Source: Rhina ancylostomus (Eukaryota). From it: a stretch of 64,000 nucleotides of DNA. The stretch spans positions 41,784,099 through 41,848,098 of the forward strand of contig JARFYF010000036.1 of the NCBI GenBank assembly GCA_030265395.1, in the 5' to 3' direction. The notes under the pieces were generated by a model that made no database searches, was not told the origin of the DNA, and saw only the letters and a list, made by a program, of their open reading frames with translations. Positions 49,675 to 63,180 of the stretch are shown piece by piece. Position 1 is the first letter of the stretch, and each line of letters starts with the position of its first letter. The translations under genes and the position numbers were made by a program.

Positions 49675-50600
49675 TGCAGATGACATTAAACTTGGAAGCG
49701 TGGTGAACTGGGACTACACTAGCAGGTTAACAGAGTTAGTGGAATGAGGAGCATCAGGAAATTAAATTTAACCCAGAAAATGAGAGCAGAGGCAATATAA
49801 ACTAGAGAATATAGATCTAAAGGCCTATGGGAACTCATATATGTACCTAAATCTTGAAAGAGTCAGAAGTAAGGGGCACAGCTACAAAATAAGGGGCCAG
49901 TCATTGAAAACTGAGGTGCGTAGACACATCTTCTATCAAGGGGTAGTCAATCTCTGGAAATTCTCTGCTGTATGGAGACAAATATTTTAAAGATTGAGGA
50001 ATTAAGAGTTATGGGAAACTGACAGAAGAGGAGTTAAGGACAGCACAGTTCAGTCATGATCAAAGCAAGGAACTCATTCACAATGGGCCTTTTATAAATG
50101 CAGATTCGGCGCCAGCTAGAATATTATGTCCAGCTCTGGGCACGACACTTGAGAAAAGATGTGAGGGGGTTATGGACACAAAGAGATCTACAAGGAATAG
50201 ACTGAAGCTGGGGATGTTCCCATTGAATACAGGAGGCTGAATGATGATCTGAGAGGAGATAGTTAAAGTCATGGACGGTGTGAACAGAGACAAACCACTT
50301 CCATTGGTGGAGAGATCAAGAGCGAGAGGACACAGAGTCAAGGTGACTACAAAAGAACCAAAACTGACCAGAAGGAAAACTTATTTTAAGCAGCAACTAG
50401 TTAGAATCTGGAATGTAATACTGTGTAAATGCTGAAGGCAGATTCAACGATAACATTAAGGAAATAATCAGATGATATATACTTGAAAGGATAAAAATTA
50501 CAGGGCTCCAAGGAGAGGACAGGTGAATGAAGGTGGGATGGTGTTAGCTTAATCGTCTTGCACAGATCTCCTTCCATGCTGTAATCTGTGCCATTCTGAG
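49675..50600 (+). mobile_element. Two tandem CR1/HER1 3' fragments
   Basis: ADD..LG-like start and aggggcacagctacaaaataagggg; second copy RRL.DDL/EIVKVM...SRARGHR plus tail. Confidence 0.6.
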
Positions 50601-51189
50601 AGAATAAAAACTTTCTTTGCAATTCTATTTCAAGCCAGCAAATACCCAATTGAGATAAACTGCACACTTATGAATACATAGGAATACACAGTCCTGCAGG
50701 CAACTGAGAAATCATTTTTGGATTTGAAAATCAAGTGGTACTTTTTGCACATCACTTTGGTGACTTAATATAAAATCGAACACTGTTAACCACGCCAATA
50801 AATCAAATCATATGCGAAGATAACGTCCAACCAACTATCCTTGGTTGTGAGAATGATCAACAAGAACATAAAAAACATGAAATATAAAACTAAGCCATTC
50901 AGCCTCTCAAGCATGCATGGTCTGCTATTCAACAAGATCATGGCTAGCCATCTACGTCAATGGCATTCTCTTGCACTTTAGCTCAATTCCTCTAATATCC
51001 AGAAATCTATTGATTGCATTCAAACAGAGATCAATATTGAATATCCACATCTTCCAGAGTGGAGAATTCCAAAGATTGGCCTTCCTTTGAGTGAAGTTTC
51101 TCCCCATTGCAACTCTAATCATCCTACCCCTTGTTTTGAGAATGACTTGGAAAACACCCTATGCATATTATTGTTCCTGAACCAAGTGT

Positions 51190-51880
51190 TTTGTGTGCCT
51201 CTTTCTTTTTCAATCCTTTATATTAGTTTTCAAATTGATACAGATTAGTATATAGCATTAATGTTCATTCATGTATAATAAAGAGATCTGGATAACACTC
51301 ATGTCTTAGATACAAAACAATAAAATATAAAAAAAATTTGTAGATACAACAATCTCTTAGTAAATGAAGAGAGTATAAAAGAAAGAAAAAGATTTATTAT
51401 ATAAATTAAAGAAAAAGAAACCCCAAATCAATAAAAATTATAAACAATGTAAACTAAACTAACAAATTTTTAAAAACAAACAAAAAAAACTGGGCTAAAA
51501 TTTCTCAATAGCAACAGAGCAATATTATGTCANNNNNNNNNNNNNNNNNNNNNNNNNNNNNNNNNNNNNNNNNNNNNNNNNNNNNNNNNNNNNNNNNNNN
51601 NNNNNNNNNNNNNNNNNNNNNNNNNNNNNNNNGGGTTAGTCATATGTTTACTTAATTTGGTAAGTGGAAAGGGGAGTGAAGCTCCTAAAATTGAAACTAA
51701 TGAAAATTCAAGTACTGATCAGTGCTCAAGGTGTACCCATTTGGGGCACTGAATTACATCTAAATATTGTATCCAAAAAATTAAATATCTGATATTAATT
51801 GCCCAGTAATATAATCTAAAGTTAGGCAAGGCCACGTCACCATCCTTTTTCAGTTTTTGTAAGCGTTTTTTATGCCTCAT
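51190..51880 (-). mobile_element. L1-clade LINE fragment (ORF2 C-terminal region and AT-rich 3' part)
   Basis: Reverse strand reads LQKLKKDGDVALPNFRLYYWAINIRYL...CPKWVHLE, matching the L1 GGLALPNF..YYWA motif. Confidence 0.8.
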
Positions 51881-52140
51881 TGAAGTCACCTCCCATTCAT
51901 CTAAACTCTGCAGATAGAGGCCTAAGCCTATTCAAGCTCTCCTCACATGACAGCCCTGCCATCCTAGGAAGCAGGCTGGTGAATCTCTGCTGCGCTCCCC
52001 CTATAGCAGTCCATCTAGTGTTAAGGAAGGAGGCCAAAACTGTACACAATGCTCCAAGTGTGGTCTCACCAGGGTCCAATATAATTGTAGTAAGACATGC
52101 TTATTCTTATACTCAAATTCTCTTGCAAAAAAAAGGCCAA
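51880..52140 (-). mobile_element. CR1 RT C-terminal fragment
   Basis: AIGGAQQRFTSLLPRMAGLSCEESLNRLRPLSAEFR. Confidence 0.75.
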
Positions 52141-53715
52141 ATCCACTAAAATATTCCATGAACAAAAAGGTGGAAAGCACAGATTATTCCAATCACTGCT
52201 AATGCTGTATGCCTTGCAACAACTCATAGCTAGTCACATCTCCTTCAACAAGATTTGTAGCTTCTGTTATCTAGCCGTAAAAAAAGTCATAACTTTGATC
52301 AGCAGAATTCTCGTCACAATAATATTCTTCACACATCTACTTGGGAGCAGCTCTCATGCCACCACAGATTGCTTAATAGCTCAGACATTGTATTTTCGTA
52401 TCAAGCTGCCTGTGAGATGCTTTATCAAACTTCCTCAAAAATAATTTAGGCCATGACTATATACAACAGCTAGTCACTGCACAAAAACTTGAATTAAATT
52501 TGACCTACAGTTTTTGTTTAATCACTGCTGGATGTCTCTGATCATCTCATACATCTCTTAATCCTTACTATTTTTATCATGAATTATTATTTCTAAAAGT
52601 CTGCTCATCACTAATAACATTCAGTGATGTAATATGCTTTACTATACATGAATAGAATTGTCACATGGGTAGCCCTCTGGCTTAATTTGCACATCTAAGC
52701 ATGGTTGGAAAACTGTAACCAGACCTTATACTTTCATGAACTGTTTTGGTTTAAGAGTTACATTATAACAAAATATTTACATTAATGAATTTGAACTTTG
52801 CTCAAGAAAGAAACAGGAGTCATCTTTTCAGTCCCTTGATTTCCAATCCAACTTTCAATCAGATCATGACTGCTTTGTACCTCCATTCCATTACCTCCAA
52901 TTCATCCACAACCATCAAGTTGATAAATGTCTTTTAATCACAATCTAGAAAATTTCTATTGATCCAAGCACTTTTTCTAGGGATGGGCGGGACTGACAAT
53001 TCCTTTTTCCAATGCCTTATTTCAACTTCACCTCTAAATAGCCTAGGTTTAACTTTTCCAAGGGAAAGTGCTGTGCCCAGAACTGAGAAAGTTGCACTGA
53101 AGTGTAAAATTATTACTAGGAAAGTCTACTCAGAATATTTTGCACAAAAATTGTATCACAATTTTTTTTAAACAAAATTGAATATTTTTATAAAATATCT
53201 AGGACACAAATGGAGTAATAAACACAAACTTTATGTTTGTGTCATACAAGTCAGTGATAATAAACCGGGTTCAAATTCTTTTCATTGAATTGTACTTACA
53301 GGGCTCCCTGCTGGTAACCTGCACACCCAATTAAAACATATGCTTTTGAAAAGCATTCTCCTGTAGCATGCGGCTGCTTGGTCTCAAATTTTTATTTTAT
53401 TTTTTTATATATTATAGACACACACACACACTAGTCTCTACACACTGTACTTGAGTACTCAGCAAGGAAGGTGTAAAAGGTCCCAAAACAATCTGGTTGT
53501 TTCCCCTCATTGTTTCTATATCTGCATAGTGGAAATCACCATAGCTTGTCATTAGAAACAAGATCATATTTGAATTACGAATGAAATTACACCCAAAGCA
53601 AATAATTCACCAAGCAATATGGACAACACACTATACTTACCAAACAGTTTAACTACTCCAACATGTATAAAATTAAACTTAACCCCAGACCAGGATTTTC
53701 AGCTCAAATACTCAC

Positions 53716-53832
53716 AGATCTACTTTCTCGTTCTCCCCAAACTGCCAGTTCCTTCGATTCTATTTCTTCAGGACTCATACGTACCAAATGGAAGGGAACA
53801 ATCTCTTCTCGTACGACACGCCGAAAGAGCCC
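53716..53832 (-). CDS. DIDO1: DIDO1 exon, TFIIS-M C-terminal part (GLFRRVVREEIVPFHLVRMSPEEIESKELAVWGERESRS)
   Basis: Acceptor TTTTGTAG|GGG, donor TCT|GTGAGT; 117 nt, phase 0 to 0; LVRM.PEE..SKEL..W TFIIS-M motif. Confidence 0.95.
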
Positions 53833-54010
53833 CTACAAAACAAAATGGTTCTACTTTATCTAACAATTTGGAAGTATAACCGAGAAAGAAAAAACAATGA
53901 ATGGGGCTGATAAATAGGAAATGTACAAATATACACTGGCAATGCAGGAGGTTTTGCGTCAAAAGCATAAAGCAAGCATCAACTTTACCACATCGAAGCA
54001 CAAAAGATAC

Positions 54011-54170
54011 CTGGTTCCTGGGGTTCTTTAAATTGAACATGATACTCCGGTATCTGCTCTTGTACTTGCTGTGAGTATCTTGAAACAGGGTGAAAAGCTC
54101 TTTTTCAACATTCACAGCTATCTTTCCTATTGTGTCTTCAGTTACATCAAGATCGTCACAATCATTCACC
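54011..54170 (-). CDS. DIDO1: DIDO1 exon, TFIIS-M core (VNDCDDLDVTEDTIGKIAVNVEKELFTLFQDTHSKYKSRYRSIMFNLKNPRNQ)
   Basis: Acceptor CAACCAG|G, donor CAG|GTATCT; 160 nt, phase 2 to 0; KYKS.YRS.MFNLK.P.N TFIIS-M signature. Confidence 0.96.
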
Positions 54171-54589
54171 CTGGTTGTACAAGCATAAATACATTTGGTC
54201 ATTGCCTTGGTAACCAAGACAAAGAGTCCTCCATCTCAAGAAAAAGGATAATGCATGACACATACAGAGTTTGGTAGCGAATAAGATTGACCCACTGAGC
54301 ACAGTCAAAAGATGGATAAACTACAACCGCAAGTACAAGTGACCTATGGACAGCAACTAAAACATTTCATCAACTCCCTGGCTGTTTGCTAGTCACAGGT
54401 ACAAACCTGTACCTGTACAAACAGGTACAGCTGTTTGTCTAGTAATCACACAGATATAAATTAGGGATCTGGATATAGGAATTTAAAACCCAGTCTCTGG
54501 AAAATTTAAGTTCAGCTAATTAAGCAAATTGGGATTAAAAAGCTAGCATTGTTTATGATGGCAATGAAACAACGATACACGACAGATTA

Positions 54590-55260
54590 AACAAATCAAT
54601 TACATATGAAGTGATTCACTTTGGCAGGAAAAATAATTTTTTTAACAAGGGTACAGAAGTGAAGAAATGGGAGACTGACAAAAACAGTCTTGGAAGGTGG
54701 CAAGACAAATTAAGATGGCTGCTAAAAATGCATTCAGAATCTTTGGCTCTGCAAATGGAGACAAAGCACAAATAATAATTCTATTACTATCAAAGCACTG
54801 TCTACACTTTAGCAGAGAGCACTGTAATCAATTTACTAATGGAAATGAAGATCGTGGAGAAGGTAGAGAGGAAATTTACCAGAATGGCATCAGGGCAAGG
54901 GACTTCATTCCATATGAATGAAGAGTTGAGAAAAACCAGGGTCATTTCCTTGCAGCAGAAAAAGTTAAGGGAAGACTTTGATGAAATTAATGAGGGTCAT
55001 TACCCAGAGGGAACAGACTTAAAGGTGATGGGCCAAAGAATCAAAGATAAGCGAGAAAAAAAACAATAAATTGATACAATTTGGAATATGTAGTCCAGAT
55101 GATTGGTGGAAGTAAAATTCAATAGAAATACAGATTTGTTTGTCTCAACAGAAAGCTTTGTAGGAAAGAAAGAACAGAAAAGGTAAATCAATAGCTCTTG
55201 CTTGGTTGGCACTGGCAGATGGACTGAATAGCCTCCTTCCATGTAACAATATGCTGCACT
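54590..55260 (+). mobile_element. Decayed CR1/HER1 3' fragment
   Basis: EVIHFGRKN and VEKVERKFTRM motifs plus tail gatggactgaatagcctcc. Confidence 0.65.
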
Positions 55261-55960
55261 GAATCCTCCCTCTCTCCTTGCTGTGCTTAGCTTAATCTGG
55301 AAGTTTAAAGCAGTTACATAACTAACAAGGTGGTCAGAATTACACCAGGAGAGAGTCTGAAACCACATCTGCGAATTTTCATAAATTTACAATATCCACA
55401 CATGGCAAGAGCTTAACAACGTGAAGATATAGTAAATTTATGAATAAAGTTCAATTTTTCTAGCCAGTTTTGCATCCAAATAAGCACTTTTTACTCAACT
55501 GCATAGAAGACAAAAATCACACCTTATAATGCGCTCCTGTTTTCTCTAAACAGAAAACACGAAACTGTTAAACCATACCATTATAAACAGACATTACCAT
55601 TTCTTTGTTCATAATTTTTCTAAAGCTTGTATTAATAAGAGCTTGAGAAATGGGAGCAGGAGTAGGTCAATCTGTCTGTCAAGCCTAATTAGGCAGAAAT
55701 TTGTCATTTAAATTTACCACCCATATTGCTAAATGTTGAGGTAATGGTTTTAAACACAGAACATCTATAGTATTTTAAAAATAATGAACCTCAAAACTGA
55801 AAGTCACTAAAATAAATGTGGAAAAATAAACTAGCAAATGACAATTTATACAAAAGATGGCATTTCAATATGATCTATTCACAAAAATTTTGCCTGTTAA
55901 GGGGTCCTTTCCCATTAATACTTTCAAACGTCATAAGAAATCCTGTGTTAAATTTCTCAC

Positions 55961-56447
55961 CTTTTACAAAGGATCTCCTTCAGTGACCGGCGAATGTTGT
56001 GGCGGATTTGGGAATTGGATAACTGACTGGCATTTTTTACAGCAGGGGCTGAAGGCTGTTTATCCCCTGATTTTTTTGCTAACGACTGCTCACTTGGATG
56101 CACAGACTGCTTGGCTGTGGGAGCAGAATGCTTTGATGGTATTCGGTATTCAGATCCAGCACTGCCTTTAGATGAAGACTGCTGCTTAGATGAAATTGGA
56201 TACTTAGATGAAGCTTGCAGCTTGGATAAAGTTTTCTGTTTGGACAAAGTCTTATGTTTAGAAGCAGCAAATTGTTGAGTTGCAGGAATAGGTCGTTTGG
56301 CTACAACACGATGTTCCACTGTATTGACTGGCTGTTTTGGTGCTGCAACTGATGGCTTTGAAGATGTAGCTTGCATACTTGCATTGGACTGTTCATCCAC
56401 AGATGCAGAATCAGATCTCTTGGTGTCAGCTGCACCCTCTCGTTGAA
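55961..56447 (-). CDS. DIDO1: DIDO1 exon, S/K/Q-rich linker ending at the TFIIS-M start (...NSQIRHNIRRSLKEILCKR)
   Basis: Acceptor TTTTCTTTAATAG|TT, donor AG|GTGAGA; 487 nt, phase 1 to 2; NSQIR.NIRRSLKEIL.KR is typical of DIDO1. Confidence 0.92.
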
Positions 56448-58539
56448 CTATTAAAGAAAATATATTTTTCCAGAGTGAAAAGTCTTATGCGGTGCAATGT
56501 TCTTGAAGCAAAATCATTGCATCTTCATCAAAATGTATTTCAATTTGACATGAAAACGAAAGGACCTCAAACCACATTTCTGAACTGAATAAGTGTGGGA
56601 AACACTATGGATGTACTGATTCAGTCTGGAATCCTCAACAATGTGGCCTTATAAATCTGGCCATGCATTGTACACAAAGTTGACTTGCTTTATCTACTAG
56701 CAAGTTATATTCAGCTAAAGTAATTCAAGTTAGTGTGGTGTTTGGTAGTACATTCTGAAGTAACCAGTTAGTGCTATTATGAGCAGGCAATGGTGGACCT
56801 CTCAACATGGCCTTCTAATGTTCTAAATTCTAGAAAGAGATATTTTGCAAAAAGTGGAGGTAAATTAACAAAAGGAGTCAGAATCACACTGCTGTAAACT
56901 AACACAACGAAGAACTTATATTAAAACGCAGCTTTTTTTTAAGCAAACTCTAATTACTATACAATTACAACATGGTAGTTGACTATTCTGGATAATGTTT
57001 ATTGAGCATGCGCACTGAGTTAATGCATATACTCAATGTCATAAAAATCCCACCCCATTATCTGCTTATGAATTCTAGTTTTGCTTCTTCAATTCAACTC
57101 ATCAACTGTAAAAAAAAGGCTTAAAAATATCAGACAAAACTCTGAAGTAGAACGCAGGATAACTAATCATTTATAAATTATTACAACAGTATGTACACAT
57201 CTGAATTAGTATTAGTTGTTGAACTGTATATTCTGACCTAGAATTCATAATAGTCAACTCATAGTTTCACAGCAGCAAAATACTGCATTTTGTAAATTTA
57301 AAACAAAATGCTGGAACTCAGGTCAGATAGCATCTTAAATTGTTCACTTTATTTTTCTCTGCACAAGTGCTACATGTTCTGCTGAGCATCTAAATAAGAA
57401 TGTGAAATTAGAATGTGCAAAGCCATAAATTCTTTTCTTGCATGGGTGGAACAAATGTCTCATAATGGCTTCTATGCTATTTTTCAGTTCTTGTAGGAAA
57501 GCTGTACATGATATCTCACTGACCTATCTCCTCACCCACCACAAAAATAATTAACTTGTTCTGAACATGCATGAAAAAAAAATCGGCTGACAGTTAACTT
57601 CAGAAGTCAACTTTATTCTTCACTTCTCTTGGGAGAATAACTTGGATTGTCTATCTTTACATCAACTTGCATGTGCTGCATCATTTTTATGCATTTCTGT
57701 TAGTTGGGGTATGAGAACATTATACCAAACTATAGTATACTAAAATTAAATAAAATAACTGAAATATTCTGATATCTTTCAGCTTTGTAGAGTCCCACAG
57801 AATAAATCCAGTATATGAACAAGTGTTAAGCTTCAGTTGCTTGGAATTCATCTTTTGTTATTGAAGTGTTACAATTAATTGGTTTTAATTTTCTGATAAC
57901 TGCTTACAATTCTCACTAAATTTCCTTCATTTCATTGAACTGTAGATATTTTTAGAAAAGCACTGCAAAATTAATAATAATTAAGCTTGGTCAAAACTAA
58001 CATCAATGCTCATAAGAGCAATGCCAACAGCATGACTTGCTGTGATTAGCTTTAGTTAAGCTTGTGACCAGTCAGTTGCACAACCACCTCAAGGTGTTAC
58101 GCTGAGTAACAAGTTATGGATTAAAATTGCATGCAATTAAAACAGGATCTTTTAATGGCAAAGCTGGCATATGTTTAACAGAACAATCTAACTAGATCAC
58201 TAGGAACATAAAATTAACTGGGGAAAACATAAAAATGCAGCTTCACTTTAGCTGGCATCAAAATAAGAAACAAAGCCAAGATTGGGTGCATTTCAGGAGA
58301 TCCTCTCTCAATTCTCCACTCCCATCCCAACCACCCTAACATTCATTACATGTCCATTACATAACCTGAACTTGATAGTTGATTTGTTATGGGCTGCCTT
58401 GAATCGTCCTTCACTTTTGCCATGGCTATTTGTTGCAGTGTAATACATGCTTTGTTACCTACCTTTGTCAGATTGCCTTCATTATATTCTCATCCATCAA
58501 GTATCAAGTCCTATTGCAGGTGGCCTCAATGCACAACTT

Positions 58540-58660
58540 CAGTTCAGTACCACAGAACTGCAGCACCATCAGTGCTGTTGCCTTTCAGATGTTTCTCCCT
58601 CACCCTAATGGATAAAAGATTCCACGGCGCTATTTACAGAAGAATTATGGGTAAAGGAGT
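58540..58660 (+). mobile_element. DeuSINE fragment
   Basis: gcctttcagatg...ggataaaagattccacggcgctatttacagaagaa, Deu-domain-like. Confidence 0.5.
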
Positions 58661-61600
58661 GATTCCAGCATCCAAGCTACCCTTCAATCAGCATCACAAG
58701 GCTAACCAGTTATTTAACTAGATCTGTGTAGAGTTTAGCCATATTCTCAAAAGTTCATGGGAAGCCTTGACCACTCAGATCAGCAGGGGAGCATCCAGGA
58801 AGGCAACAAGCATTGCCGGATACTCTGACAGATGCACATGGAGGCCAGACACAAATAGGAATGCATGACCCAACCTACCCACCCATCTAGTCAAGCTCAA
58901 TTTGCAGCAGGATATGTAGATCCCTATAGGACTCATTAGTTATTTTAGAACGTGCAGAACTGCAGTGAAAGTCATTCTCGACTCTAAGGAAATATCCAAG
59001 ATGATATCTGGGGGGGGGGGGGGGCACGGGGGTGAAGCTTTACTGTGGGTAGACACAAGTTGAACTTACATTTAGATGAACCATTATTTTACTAAATGGC
59101 CAAAAAGGTTTGAGGTGCAGAGTGGCCTGCCCCTTCTCCTAATTTAGCATTTTTTGTTCTGATATCAAAGCTGCAAAGCACTCTGGGACACAAAGTGGAC
59201 ATCAGGGTATCCGGATATCAATGCAGCTCACTCTTGTTACCTCATGTATGCTGTTGCATCCAAGTAGCATGTTTTTAAAATCAATGTGCTCAATGAAAAA
59301 AATGGCTTATGAATGATAGTAAATAATTAAAACCAAGTCATTTGTGCACTGTTCTGCATCACATAGCTGAAACTTGGCCCACAGCTTTGTTACTACTTGT
59401 CGGTGTACTAATCTTTGGTGTTTCAGCTAAATCCAGCATTTCATATTTCCATCCAACAAATCACAGTTCAATATTAACATATTTAAAATTATTTTGTGTT
59501 AGAGCCGGACACTTTCCATCAGCAATGACCTATTTTTGCACCATCAGTTATCAATGACCATTTTGAGATTTTAAGATTGAAATATATTTGTCACAATAAA
59601 TTTAATTGGTCAGAACAAATCTTAAACTAATGAAAATACTGCAAGACAGATCAAAAACATTCTCTGAAGACCAAGTCAGTCCTAGTGTTACTGAAAAATG
59701 CTTCCATGCAAATCTCTGAACTACAGTTCTATAACTATCGCTAGTGCCTATTACATTTATTTATGATTGAATTTACTCACTTCCTCAATATTTTAATTAA
59801 AAACACAAATACTTACACAAGTTTTGGTGATTTATAAGCTTCATCAAAAATGCATTGTTTAATATAAATTGCTGTCATGAAGATTCATACATCTAGTTGA
59901 TCTAGAACATTATAGAAATTTCCTGAGGGTGTATATTGTGATATCAATTGTTAGTACAAAGGGAAGACTATGAATTTTCTGTAACTTTCTTCCATGCTAG
60001 TCTTATTTTGGACATTAAGATATTCTCTCAGATGTTAAATCCCCACAAACTAAGTTCAGCAGGTTGCAGACTTGAACCCTACAATGGGAGGACTAGCAAC
60101 ATCTGGATAGACATGTTCCCACTACATAAATACTATTTTGTGGAAGGCACCATCTTTTAGACAAGATGAGGCAANNNNNNNNNNNNNNNNNNNNNNNNNN
60201 NNNNNNNNNNNNNNNNNNNNNNNNNNNNNNNNNNNNNNNNNNNNNNNNNNNNNNNNNNNNNNNNNNNNNNNNNNAAAAGATTAGGCAAAAAAAAACTGCT
60301 TGGCTCTTTAGATGGTTGCTGTACACCATGTTTGAAGCATAGTCAATGTTTATCCCATAAAAATCAGATTAACTTGTCACACATTATTGCTGAGACTTCA
60401 CAAATAAAACTGTCCACTTGACTAAGCAGATGTCATCAACAAGCAACTTACTGGTTTTGATTCTTTTTAAAAACAAGTATTAAACAGCTCATAGATGTTT
60501 CTTTACTGGGTGGTTGCCATGTTAAAGATAACACCTTGTTAATCAGAAGTTGAACTGTTTCTATAGGTCTATTCCAACTACTCTGGTGAATTTTTAAAGA
60601 TTCCATTTCAATTAGTGCAGAGCTCACATAACAAAAGCCAACATTCCCCCTTCACCCATTATTAAAAAAAAAACAAAATCAGATTTAGCTGATAATTTGA
60701 CTCATTCTTGCTTCTGGGTATTGCTGCTGTGGAATATCATATCTTAAGTCATTTCCAAAGTTACTGGACACGAAGCACAGAGACTATTACATTTAAATTT
60801 TAATAATGAATATTTCATTAAATATAATAAAAATGGTTGAGGATGAAATAAGCTAAAATTTCATCATTAAAGAAATAAGCCTTTCTACTCTGCAAGCCCT
60901 GGCTCTACTCTAGTCAATTAATTTACTGATAGTGTATATCTGCAGCAAGGCAAGTCCACTCCAATCAAAAAGGAAAATACACAAAAGACAGAGCTATTAC
61001 CAAACAATCACAGTATTTTTGGAATTACTTTGATACTTTCAGACAGTGAGAACAATAATTCATACTATGTAAATTTGATTCACCTCCAATTCAATCAAAT
61101 ATAACTGCATTGTTACCTAGTTGGAAGAGGCAGTTCTGCAGTCTAATTTCTACTTCTGTCATCTGACTTTTAAATAAATCATTACATTCATCAATGTAGA
61201 TTCTCCTCTGTTCTATTTATTCAAACCAAACACACGCACCTTAACTCTTTAATGATTTTTCCTGTGGTAGAGCCTTAGGTTCTTCAGTTCTACTTTTCTG
61301 TCTATTCCTTACAATATGTTCAATCCGATCATCTAGTTGACGATCAATGCACAGGAGTATCTTTCTTGTTTTTTTTAAATGCTGGAAGGAGCTCTTTTCA
61401 GAATGCTTCCATGGATGGCCAACAGCAAAATTATCTAGAGAAATTACTAACACTAGGCCCCCCCAAGGTTTAAAAATATAAAATTCTCTCTGCTAATATC
61501 CATGCATTAAGCTCAAGATTAACATTATCGGAGTCAGACATATCTAAGTGCGAATTTGTAAATACCTGTACCTGACACTGTGTATATGTAGCTTTGCGCC

Positions 61601-62029
61601 AGGAAGTGTCCAGATTTCCATTGATGATGACAATATGTGGTATACTGCCTTCTGCTAATATTTTAAGCAAACTACTGCTGTGCAACTCTGGCAGTATGTG
61701 GCAAGTTTTTGTTAGCATGGAAAAACTTCATGTACAAGGTTTGTATGTTGTGCACCACAAACCTTTCACTTTCAAGATATAACAGTTACCACATGCAATC
61801 ATAACATTCTTACTGAATTGCAATTCAACTTATCAGTTGTCAAGATCTTCTGGAACTATGTTTTATGAATATCCAGCTGTTTAGAAATATCTTTTCCAAT
61901 GGCATGGAGAACCAGTAAAAGAACAAACTTTCATTTATCTGGCATTTGTGACTACTGAGTGCCTCAAAGCAGTTTAGCTAACAAAGCATTTCCGAAAGAG
62001 ATGAGAAGGCATGGTGCATGAGGATATAT

Positions 62030-62840
62030 ATGTGCCACAGTAGGATACAGATGGGTTGAGTCAATGGGCAAAAACTTGGTTGATGGAGTTTAAAGAGGGC
62101 AAGTGTGAGGTCATTAAAGGAATCAAAAGGCAGACTATAATTCAAATGGAGAGAGACGGCAAATAAGCAAGATTCAGAGGGATCTAGGTGTTCCACTGCA
62201 TTAATCTCTGAAGGTTAGCAGGAAGATGCAACGAATAATTGACCTTTAATGCAAAAGACATGGAACTTAGAGAGACCATTTGTGAGGTTGTATCTGGACT
62301 ACTGGATACTGTTCTGACCCCTTATTTAGGAAGGGAATATATGAGCATTGCCCAGAAGAGATTGATTAGGCTAATTCTGGAATGAGAGGGCTATACTTTC
62401 ACAAGTGGCTAATACCTGAAACTGTATTCTTTGGAGTTTAGAAGAATGAGGGTGACCTTTTTGAAACATACAAAATCCCTTAAGGGGCATAACATGGTAG
62501 ATTTTGAGATGTTTCCATTGGAGGGATAATCTTGAACAAAGAGACATAATTACATAGTATAAGGGGTGGTCATTTAAAAATCAAGTGGATAGGAATTTCT
62601 TCTTGCAGAGGATACTGCATTTCTAGAATCATGTACCCTGGAGGGTTGTAGAGGCAAGAACACTGGAGGTATTTAAAGGGAGGTGGATACGTTTTTGAAA
62701 GGTTGGAGAATTAAGGGTTATGGGGAATTGGCACAGTAGGAACTGAGGCCCGAGACAGATCAAGACAGATGAGCCATGATCCAGCCGAATGGCTGGGTAG
62801 GTTTGAGGGGACAAGTGACCTACTCCTGTTTCTGTGTTCT
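62030..62840 (+). mobile_element. CR1/HER1 3' fragment
   Basis: W...W.MEF...KCEV, LYSLEFRRMRG/DL.ETYKI motifs and the family tail. Confidence 0.75.
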
Positions 62841-62844
62841 ATAT

Positions 62845-63180
62845 TTTATTGTGATTTCAGTTGTGATGACAGATGTACAACAGAAAATGCAGCAGCCAAC
62901 ATGTGGTCCAATAAAACCAATATAAATGAGAATATTTTTTTTCCCCAGTGATGCCCACACAGGGATGAATAATGCCCAGGATCTTGGATGAATTCTGCTT
63001 TATTTATTTGAACCTGTAATGGGATTTTTGCACCCAAGTTATGGACAAACAGGAGCTCGATTTAACAGCTGATTTGGAAGACAGCACCTCTGTTTTATGT
63101 GCATACCATTCAGGAGTGGAGTTTGAAGCCACAGCCTTCTGACAAAGAAGAGGGCGCCATACAACAGATACTGGCTGCAA
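62845..63180 (-). mobile_element. DeuSINE (SacSINE1-like), reversed
   Basis: Reversed head (ggagtttgaagccacagccttctgac) and Deu domain (aatgggatttttgcaccc). Confidence 0.55.

Noticed and set aside
21739-56447. Assignment to PHF3 or SPOCD1
   Set aside because: SPOC sequence (RFHPATEEEEV.YISLYSYF.SRGRFGVVANN) and the C-terminal EEQEEALRQQRAAVGVSM block fit DIDO1
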